Assembly: GCA_022792535.1 (NCBI GenBank)
Contig: JAAWBG010000036.1
Location: 7,031 to 71,030, forward strand
Reading direction: 5' to 3'
DNA length: 64,000 nt
Source of the DNA: Lachnospiraceae bacterium
Lineage (GTDB): Bacteria > Bacillota > Clostridia > Lachnospirales > Lachnospiraceae
Positions 56,715 to 64,000 of this stretch are shown in pieces. The notes beneath the pieces were generated by a model, which was not told the DNA's origin, searched no databases, and worked only from the letters and a program-made list of their open reading frames with translations. The position numbers and the translations under genes are program-made. Numbering within the stretch: position 1 is the first letter of the stretch; each line of letters starts with the position of its first letter.

Positions 56715-58139
56715 CTAATTTTCCCTTTGACAGAGCAGCCGGACTTTCAGATATCTCTTATAATAAAAAGCAGATACTGCAAGATACACTGCCATACCAA
56801 TCAATATTTTCCAGATCATCCTTGTAAAGTTTTCAACCTCTGCTCCAAAGGTGATCTGTTTTAAAATCAAAAATAACATAATTCCGAAAATATAAAACGG
56901 AACCAAATATTTCATGATTTTTATTGGTCCTCTCCTTTTTGTTACAAACATGAACTGCACTATAAACACCGTTCCCTCTGCTAAGACTGTGGCAAAGGAA
57001 GCGCCCAGGGCATGATATTCCGAAATAAAAATAAAATTAAATATAAAGTTAACAACAGCTCCTAAGGTAACAGAGAGGACATATATCAGATCCATTTTAT
57101 ATGGTATTAAAATCTGTGTTCTCAGTACGTTTGCCAAAGCAAGAAACAGCGAACTTGGAAAGATAACAGTAATTATGCTTACACAGTTTTCAAATCCAGG
57201 GCCAAAAAACCATGGAACAAATTCTTCTGCAATACCCATCATGCCAAAACACATGGCGGAAGAAAAAAAGGCGGAAAACAACATGATGTATGTGAAATAT
57301 TTATTTTCTGTCTTTACATCACAACTGGAAATTAAATTTGTAATCCGCGGAAGCATTACCGTTCCGATTCCAGAGATAATGCTTGTAGGTACATTTAATA
57401 TTTTTTCACAGTTTTCATAGTATCCAACCTCTGTGTAATCCACCAGCATTCCCAGCATTATTTTATCCATCATTTTATATACGTTGACAGCTATCACCGG
57501 TATAAACAGAACAAAATTTGGCTTCAAATGCTCCATTACATCAGATCTCTCTACTTTTCTGAAAGAAACATACTGAAACAAAAAGACCCATAATACCAAC
57601 TGGCTGCTCAATATACTGATTACCATAATAAGAATATATATATATACATCATCAGGTTCCTTGACAAAGATAAAAATACAAATAAGAGATACTACTTTTA
57701 TCACTGTATTCCGTGTCACAGTAATCCTGAATTTCTCTATTCCAAAAAAGAACCAGTTAATGTCAAATAGGGCTGATACCACATAAATCCCCATCATAAG
57801 GGAGTATACTTTCGTATCTGAAAGAAACATGCAATAGATTGCATAGCCTGAAATCGCAATGGCAGACATCATAAACTGCATCCAAAATATGCTCCAAAAA
57901 GTCTTTGCCAGCTGTTCTCTATCCTCTTTCACTCCGGCAATCGATCTGCTTCCATAATTATTCAATCCTAACATCGCAAAAATAACAAAATAATAGGCAA
58001 TCGAGTAGTGATAAGAATATGTGCCAATCCCTTTTGCTCCGATCACCCTTGATAGAAATGGCGTTGTTATCAAAGGAATGATATAAAGCAAGATCTGATA
58101 TCCAACATTATAGGCTATATTTACTTTTACTTTACTCAT
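56715..58139 (-). CDS. wzx: Polysaccharide flippase
   Basis: NIAYNVGYQIL..PLITTPFLSRVIG, MATE-like multi-TM protein, DKIMLG. Confidence 0.9.
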   Translation of the reverse strand: MSKVKVNIAYNVGYQILLYIIPLITTPFLSRVIGAKGIGTYSYHYSIAYYFVIFAMLGLNNYGSRSIAGVKEDREQLAKTFWSIFWMQFMMSAIAISGYAIYCMFLSDTKVYSLMMGIYVVSALFDINWFFFGIEKFRITVTRNTVIKVVSLICIFIFVKEPDDVYIYILIMVISILSSQLVLWVFLFQYVSFRKVERSDVMEHLKPNFVLFIPVIAVNVYKMMDKIMLGMLVDYTEVGYYENCEKILNVPTSIISGIGTVMLPRITNLISSCDVKTENKYFTYIMLFSAFFSSAMCFGMMGIAEEFVPWFFGPGFENCVSIITVIFPSSLFLALANVLRTQILIPYKMDLIYVLSVTLGAVVNFIFNFIFISEYHALGASFATVLAEGTVFIVQFMFVTKRRGPIKIMKYLVPFYIFGIMLFLILKQITFGAEVENFTRMIWKILIGMAVYLAVSAFYYKRYLKVRLLCQREN

Positions 58140-59404
58140 CTGCTATGCTCCTGTTTTCTCTCTCTCAGGTATATAAAAGATACGATCAAAAAAACAAATA
58201 ATCCATGAGACAACAGTAAGGTACTCAAAATAGATGTGTTCATGTAATAGATATATACAAATACCAATCCATAATAATTGGGTGCAAAATTCAGTTCCTT
58301 CAAGAAAAAAATAATTCCAAGGGGTATCATCAAATATAGAAACGCTCCAAACAGTCCAAAGGAATAATAGCCTTCCACAAATATGCCTGTATTGGCATTA
58401 GTACCAGTCCCCATAACATACTGTCCCACAAATTCCGATACGCTCTGGGTGATAAATCTTGCATCTTTTACCAGTGCAAACCCCGAATGGCTGTAATGAG
58501 TTAAACTTTCTTTGAAGTAATCAATATATACCGCATTAAATCTAGGCGGTATGAGAAATACCCTTCGGTAAATAGATATAAAAAAATCAATACCTGCGAT
58601 CTGATACAGCGATACGCCAAAAATAACCGCCCCCAGCAATCCGTATATCATCCAATTTATTTTTTTCTTATAGCTTCCAGGATAGAAAGCGATCAGGGCA
58701 ATCAGGCCAAAAAAGATTGATTTCAGCCCTCCACATAAAAACAGATAAAGCAGCATCATAACAGACAAGACTGCATGACATTTCTTTCCTTTTCGAAAAT
58801 AATCAATGATTAATATTGGTAAAATCACTCTGGCCAGGGGTTCTTTTATATATCCAATCAAAGAATTTCTTTCTAACTGACGGAATTTGGATCTGGTTTC
58901 ATAGATCTCCTGCAATAGCAGGTTTTTCAGATTTATTTGATCCCAATATTGAAAAAAAGGGATGATGAGCACTATGGCTAATAGAAAGAGAACTTCCGTA
59001 CTATGTCCCGCGTCAAATTTAGCATAAGGAATACTTAATTTTATTTTATCCAGTAATTGAAAGGACGTTAAAAAGACACTTATCAGGATAATCATGGTAA
59101 CTGACACATCCTCGCAGCAGACATAAATACAATTTTCTCCAATGAACAATAAAATCAAACAGACATAGTATGTGATCTTCAGAAATTCGCTGCGCAGGAA
59201 ATCAGCGTAAAAGGAATAAAACAATACCAGAAACGTAGATAAAATCAACCGTTCCATGTTAATACCCGTATAGGGATAATATCCCAGATAACTATAGACA
59301 TGCACACTGTAAAGATAAACAGGTAATAAAAAATAAAATATTATCAGTATCCCGGCTGGTTTCGTAATATTAAATTTATTTACATTTAAAGGTAATCTTT
59401 TCAT
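58136..59404 (-). CDS. Putative polysaccharide polymerase (Wzy-like)
   Basis: Many hydrophobic segments, AT-rich, between GT4 and wzx. Confidence 0.65.
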   Translation of the reverse strand: MKRLPLNVNKFNITKPAGILIIFYFLLPVYLYSVHVYSYLGYYPYTGINMERLILSTFLVLFYSFYADFLRSEFLKITYYVCLILLFIGENCIYVCCEDVSVTMIILISVFLTSFQLLDKIKLSIPYAKFDAGHSTEVLFLLAIVLIIPFFQYWDQINLKNLLLQEIYETRSKFRQLERNSLIGYIKEPLARVILPILIIDYFRKGKKCHAVLSVMMLLYLFLCGGLKSIFFGLIALIAFYPGSYKKKINWMIYGLLGAVIFGVSLYQIAGIDFFISIYRRVFLIPPRFNAVYIDYFKESLTHYSHSGFALVKDARFITQSVSEFVGQYVMGTGTNANTGIFVEGYYSFGLFGAFLYLMIPLGIIFFLKELNFAPNYYGLVFVYIYYMNTSILSTLLLSHGLFVFLIVSFIYLRERKQEHSR

Positions 59405-59448
59405 GATAACTTAACTTTCTATCATTACAATGTCAAACATATCCCAGA

Positions 59449-60582
59449 TCAGCCCGAAAAATCTCTTTGCGGAAGAGCAATCTCTTTGTATATTTCATCA
59501 TACTCAGCACAAATATTTTTCCAGTCAAATTTCCATGCGGCCTTTTTGCAGTTGTTACTGATAACATCATAATTTTTCAGTATTTTTTCAATTTTATCTG
59601 CCACATCTGCCGGATTTCCAGAATCAGCGGCATATCCCACATAACCATCTTCAAACTGCCCGTCAAATCCCTGTCCTTTTGTGTAAACCACCGGCAGCCC
59701 CTGTGATATTGCCTCTGCATATACAAGTCCGAATGTTTCTGTGCGGGAGGGCATAACAAAAATATCCTGATCTGCATATATTTTTATCAGGTTTTCTGCA
59801 TCTGTGGGATTCAAATACCTGACAAAGCTGTGCTTCGTTACCGCTTCATAAATATTCTGGTCAATCACTTTTCCTATAAAAGTTAGTTGAACAGAAAAGC
59901 CTTTTTCTATCAGCTTCCTGCATGCCTCGACTGTAACTTTGCAGTTTTTCCGTTTATCAATTATACCAGTACATATAATATTAATAGATTTTGTATCTTT
60001 TATCTTTTTATCCTTATCTGGAATATTCCTGAGCCAAATATCACTAATACCGTTTGGAATCACAACGCTTTTTTCTAAAACCTCAGCCTGAATATTCTTT
60101 TTGACATATTTGCTGACAACCTGGTCACGATAGGAAGCCGAGAGAAAAATAACTCTGTCAGCGCTGCTTAATATTTTATTTCCTATTCCTCTCAGGTAAA
60201 AACGATATTTAAAAAAGGAATTGACATCTGTGTCTCTGACCGCAGTAATATAGGGAATATGACGATCCCGTTTTATCAAATAGCTGATAAAGCCATTGGA
60301 AAACAGACTGTGTGCATGCATAATTTCATAGGGAAATTCTGCATACTTTCTCTTATAATCCTGATAAATTTTAAAATGTTTTATAAAAAAGAAATACCTG
60401 TCAAAATTACTGAAATTATAAGAAATATCTGTATAGTTTCCCCTGTCAAATTCAGCCGGCGTCCTCTTAATGCTGACCGGTACAAAAACCTTTATATGAT
60501 CTCCTTTGGCAATCTGATGGTCATAAATATTTTTATAAAGGTTTCGAGAAACAAAATATGAATTTATATGAAATATGTTCAT
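59449..60582 (-). CDS. GT4 glycosyltransferase
   Basis: HAHSLFSNG, PSRTETFGLVYAEA. Confidence 0.88.
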   Translation of the reverse strand: MNIFHINSYFVSRNLYKNIYDHQIAKGDHIKVFVPVSIKRTPAEFDRGNYTDISYNFSNFDRYFFFIKHFKIYQDYKRKYAEFPYEIMHAHSLFSNGFISYLIKRDRHIPYITAVRDTDVNSFFKYRFYLRGIGNKILSSADRVIFLSASYRDQVVSKYVKKNIQAEVLEKSVVIPNGISDIWLRNIPDKDKKIKDTKSINIICTGIIDKRKNCKVTVEACRKLIEKGFSVQLTFIGKVIDQNIYEAVTKHSFVRYLNPTDAENLIKIYADQDIFVMPSRTETFGLVYAEAISQGLPVVYTKGQGFDGQFEDGYVGYAADSGNPADVADKIEKILKNYDVISNNCKKAAWKFDWKNICAEYDEIYKEIALPQRDFSG

Positions 60583-60623
60583 ACATATACCTCTTCTCTT
60601 TTAACACGGCAAAAAAATTTATT

Positions 60624-61703
60624 TCATCTGTCAAACTCTCCTGCCATATCTATACTGGAAAAATGACTCAAAGGCAGTTTAACAGGTTGTCCTGTTTTTT
60701 GGCTTTTATAAATTGCTAAAACCAATTCCAAAGCATTACGTCCTTCTACTGCATTGACATAAGGCTGGCGGTCATTTTTAACCGCATCAATTACGTCTGC
60801 AAATAACTTAGTATGTCCATTTCCATACACATTGCTGGTCATTTCCTTTAACCCTTTATATTCGTCGTCATTCTCACCTTGATCGGTAAAATCCCATACA
60901 TCTATATTATTACAGGATGTTCCTCCAAGTTTTACCGTTCCCTTCTCTCCAAAGAGATACAATGTTTCCTCCAGATTTTTCCGGTAAACATTTACCGTTC
61001 CCTCAATGGTTCCTATGGCGCCGTTTTTAAATTTAACAACAGCCATTCCAATATCTTCCGCTTCCAGGTAATGATGAAACTGCCGGCATGTAACTCCATA
61101 AATTTCATCTATTTCAGGCCCCATCATCCATCGGAGCAAATCAATACCGTGAATACATTGATTCATAAGGGTTCCTCCATCGAAAGCCCATTTTCCTCTC
61201 CATGAAGCCTGATCGTAATAATTTTTATTTCTGTTCCATCGAACATGAATGCTTCCATGGGACAGCATTCCAAGTCTGCCCTTTTCCAGGGCAGTACGCG
61301 TCTGCTGAACAGCAATATTAAATCTATTCTGATGGCAGGCGGAAACCTTTACTTGTTTTTCTTTTGATTTTCGAATTATTTCATCAGCATCTTCCATACT
61401 CATGGCAATTGGCTTTTCAATAATAATATTAATTTCTTTTTCAATACAATACAGCGCAATCTCTGCATGTGATCCGCTGTCTGTCGCTATACTGATAAGA
61501 TCAAGTTCATTTTCAAGAATCATCTGCTTATAATCCGTATATCGTTTCAGGGATATCTCTTCTTTTAAATCACACTTTTCTAATAACGTTTCCATTGCTT
61601 TTGGCACAGTATCGCAAACAGCCACTAATTCTAAATCATTGTTTTGAGCCGCTTTTATATGGTTAACAGCAATGCGCCCGCATCCGACCAACGCGTATTT
61701 CAT
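60624..61703 (-). CDS. Gfo/Idh/MocA oxidoreductase (WbpB/WlbA-like nucleotide-sugar 3-dehydrogenase)
   Basis: VGCGRI, EKP, QNRFN, GGTLMNQCIH.IDLL. Confidence 0.82.
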   Translation of the reverse strand: MKYALVGCGRIAVNHIKAAQNNDLELVAVCDTVPKAMETLLEKCDLKEEISLKRYTDYKQMILENELDLISIATDSGSHAEIALYCIEKEINIIIEKPIAMSMEDADEIIRKSKEKQVKVSACHQNRFNIAVQQTRTALEKGRLGMLSHGSIHVRWNRNKNYYDQASWRGKWAFDGGTLMNQCIHGIDLLRWMMGPEIDEIYGVTCRQFHHYLEAEDIGMAVVKFKNGAIGTIEGTVNVYRKNLEETLYLFGEKGTVKLGGTSCNNIDVWDFTDQGENDDEYKGLKEMTSNVYGNGHTKLFADVIDAVKNDRQPYVNAVEGRNALELVLAIYKSQKTGQPVKLPLSHFSSIDMAGEFDR

Positions 61704-61716
61704 CTCATCCTTCTCC

Positions 61717-62895
61717 TCATCTATCTAATTGTATTAAAGTATCAATAATAAATTTTCTTTCCTCATCAAATAACTCCGGAAATATTGGAATTGCAAAAGT
61801 ACATTTACTTAATTCCTCTGTAACTGGAAGATCTCCCTCTTTATAATTCAAATTAGAAAAAGCAAATTGAAGATGAAGCGGTACCGGATAATAGGTTCCG
61901 CAGGAAATACCGGCCTCTTTTAATTTTTCTTGAATCTCAAAAGAATTTTTGTGTCTCAATGCATAAATATAGTAGGAATGGAAACTGTCAGCCGCTTCCA
62001 TGGGAAGATAGTAATGAGTAGATTCTAATGCCCTATGATATAATTCTGCATTTTTTCTCCGTCCCTCTATAAATTCATCCAAGTGAGTAAGTTTTTTCCG
62101 CAGAATAGCTGCCTGAACAGCATCGAGACGAGAATTATACCCGATAAAATAATTATAATATTTGCTTTCTCCCACAGGCATATTTTCTGGAAGCTCTTTT
62201 CCCTTCAATTGATATTCCCGCTTCAATGTCCACAACCCATCTTTTCCTGAACCATGAACTTTAAGGGAACGGCAGGCCTTTGCAATATTTTCATCATCTG
62301 TCAGCACCATTCCCCCGTCCCCATCACAGCCAAGATTTTTCGTCGGAAAAAAAGAAAAACAGGAAATATCTCCAAGTGTATTTTTTCTCCTCCCTTTATA
62401 TTTTGTTCCCACGCTCTGGGCACAATCGGCAATCAAAAAAAGACCATGCTTTCTGCAAATCCTGCGAAGTTCATCCATATCGCAGCTCTGACCATAAAAA
62501 TGCACCGGGAGAATAGCTTTCGTTCTCTCTGTTATCGCCTCTTCCACAAGGGACGGATCCATACAATATGTATCAGGACAAACATCAATAAATACTGGCG
62601 TCGCCCCGACAGCCATGATACTTTCCGCTGTTGCAAAAAAAGTCCAGGATACTGTAATCACCTCGTCGCCTCTCCCAATCCCTAAAGAGCGCAGCGCCAA
62701 AACAATGGCATCTGTTCCATTTCCACAGGAAATCCCAAACTTTGCCCCTTCATATTCCGCAAATTCTTCCTCAAAAGAATCTACCTCTGTTCCTCCTATA
62801 TATCTCCCGCTTCTAAGTACTTTTAAAACAGCTTCCTCATACTCTGCAGCATAAGCTTCATGCTGTCGTTGTACATTCATTAATGGAATATTCAT
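61717..62895 (-). CDS. DegT/DnrJ/EryC1 aminotransferase (WbpE/WlbC-like)
   Basis: NGTDAI, PVHFYGQ, DCAQS, FSFFPTKNLG, YNSRLDAVQAA; start at 62895 chosen by GGAGG spacing. Confidence 0.88.
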   Translation of the reverse strand: MNIPLMNVQRQHEAYAAEYEEAVLKVLRSGRYIGGTEVDSFEEEFAEYEGAKFGISCGNGTDAIVLALRSLGIGRGDEVITVSWTFFATAESIMAVGATPVFIDVCPDTYCMDPSLVEEAITERTKAILPVHFYGQSCDMDELRRICRKHGLFLIADCAQSVGTKYKGRRKNTLGDISCFSFFPTKNLGCDGDGGMVLTDDENIAKACRSLKVHGSGKDGLWTLKREYQLKGKELPENMPVGESKYYNYFIGYNSRLDAVQAAILRKKLTHLDEFIEGRRKNAELYHRALESTHYYLPMEAADSFHSYYIYALRHKNSFEIQEKLKEAGISCGTYYPVPLHLQFAFSNLNYKEGDLPVTEELSKCTFAIPIFPELFDEERKFIIDTLIQLDR

Positions 62896-62912
62896 CTCCA
62901 TGTCCTCCAAAT

Positions 62913-64000
62913 TTATTTCATCCCAATGAGTTTAATCAAACTATACCAACCAATCAATCGTAATGATTTAATCACTGAAAACTTTTCATATTCCCTGTAT
63001 ACTTTCCAGAAATATTTAATCATTTTCCATTTCTGAAAGGAATTTGATGTGGAAATAATTCTGTATTTCATAAATATTTCATGCATGCCATAAATCTTAG
63101 TCCCGTCTCGGAGCACTTGCAGCCATAAGGCATAATCATTATTTTTACGTATTACAGGAATATCAATTTTCCGCAATTGTTCTGCTGTAATAACTACTGT
63201 TGAAGAGCCGATTGGACAAGATTTCAAAATTGTCTTATAATCTGCGGCAGTTTTACATTTTATAATTTTATGCAGGTCTGCTCCGTTTTCATCTATCCAG
63301 CAATAGTCAGAACAAATAAACTCGTAATTGTGATTAATCATAAATTTAATCTGACGTTCCAGTTTATCCTCCGTCCATAAATCATCTGCATCTATAAAGG
63401 CAATAAGACTGCCGGAAGATTTCTTAAAGCCCATTTTGGTAGCTGCTCCAGGTCCGCCGTTTTTTGGCATCTGGAATACCTTTATTCTTTTATCCTTTTC
63501 TGCCAATGATTCGGCCAGTCTTTTTGTCCCATCTTTGGAACAATCATCTACAAGAATAAGTTCCCAATCGCTATAAGTCTGTGCCTGAACTGACGCTATC
63601 GTTTCTTTTAGCGTGTTGACTGCATTGTACATTGGTACAATAATAGAAACTTTCGGATTATTTTTTACTTGCTCTTTTACCTTCACTGTCTCACACCAAC
63701 CATTATTATTTTTCTTTGTTGATCTATTGCAGATTTCTCTTGCTTTTTTTAACTTTTGGTTATATTCATCTTGAGTAATTTTACCTGTTCTTAACAAATA
63801 GTCTCCTAAATCCTCAGCTGTAGCCATATCCCCCTGAGTAATGCCTTCCTGCTTGATAAAGGCTGTTTTTATCGTATAAAAAATAATTTTTACATCACTG
63901 ATAAATCCCACATTTTTAATGTACTCTTGGTCCCATTTCAATTTATCTTCCCAGGAAATAGCATTGCGCCCTTTAATCTGAGCAAGCCCGGACAAACCAG
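62913..64000 (-). CDS. Sugar phosphotransferase C-terminus fused in frame to a GT2 glycosyltransferase (5' end beyond the window)
   Basis: (P)GLSGLAQIKGRNAISWEDK..D..Y..DVKII transferase tail, then without a stop KVSIIVPMYN..LVDDCSKD..FIDADDLW. Confidence 0.8.
   Translation of the reverse strand, partial: GLSGLAQIKGRNAISWEDKLKWDQEYIKNVGFISDVKIIFYTIKTAFIKQEGITQGDMATAEDLGDYLLRTGKITQDEYNQKLKKAREICNRSTKKNNNGWCETVKVKEQVKNNPKVSIIVPMYNAVNTLKETIASVQAQTYSDWELILVDDCSKDGTKRLAESLAEKDKRIKVFQMPKNGGPGAATKMGFKKSSGSLIAFIDADDLWTEDKLERQIKFMINHNYEFICSDYCWIDENGADLHKIIKCKTAADYKTILKSCPIGSSTVVITAEQLRKIDIPVIRKNNDYALWLQVLRDGTKIYGMHEIFMKYRIISTSNSFQKWKMIKYFWKVYREYEKFSVIKSLRLIGWYSLIKLIGMK

Noticed and set aside
1-64000. 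tRNA, rRNA, integrase, transposase, prophage or known defence genes
   Set aside because: None recognised on reading either strand; short or highly divergent RNAs could have been missed without a covariance search

Overview
Chromosomal window from a Clostridia-class gut anaerobe (Lachnospiraceae-like, inferred from protein sequences and gene neighbourhoods). Almost all genes are on the minus strand. Positions 1-36 kb are housekeeping and accessory genes: topB with a coupled DnaQ-like exonuclease, a chemoreceptor, an FMN-riboswitch-led ribU-ribD-ribE-ribBA-ribH operon, tex, a threonine cluster (thrR-like ACT protein, hom, apgM-like, lysC), a ydjI/ydjG/ydjH-like membrane module coupled to prfB, divergent alkD-like and ogt repair genes, an amidase, pyk, a divergent carbamate kinase, htrA, gtrA and glmS. 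Positions 35-64 kb are a large cell-surface glycan region: two LCP genes, two priming sugar transferases, GT2/GT4 enzymes, three FN3-repeat secreted proteins and an AT-rich Wzx/Wzy cassette. The best leads lie outside the ORF track. (1) A 276-nt rod-like imperfect hairpin with a symmetric 15x15 bubble, plus a cluster of palindromic repeats, between alkD and ogt. (2) A G9 tract that frameshifts the signal peptide of an FN3 surface protein (phase-variation candidate). (3) An FMN riboswitch with a 22-nt hairpin inserted into its conserved L2 loop. (4) An AsnB-like / cytidylyltransferase / sulfotransferase-fold trio in the glycan locus. (5) A prfB frameshift site that uses UAA instead of UGA. No tRNA, rRNA, CRISPR array or transposase was seen. 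All calls are from reading the sequence; no searches or folding were run.
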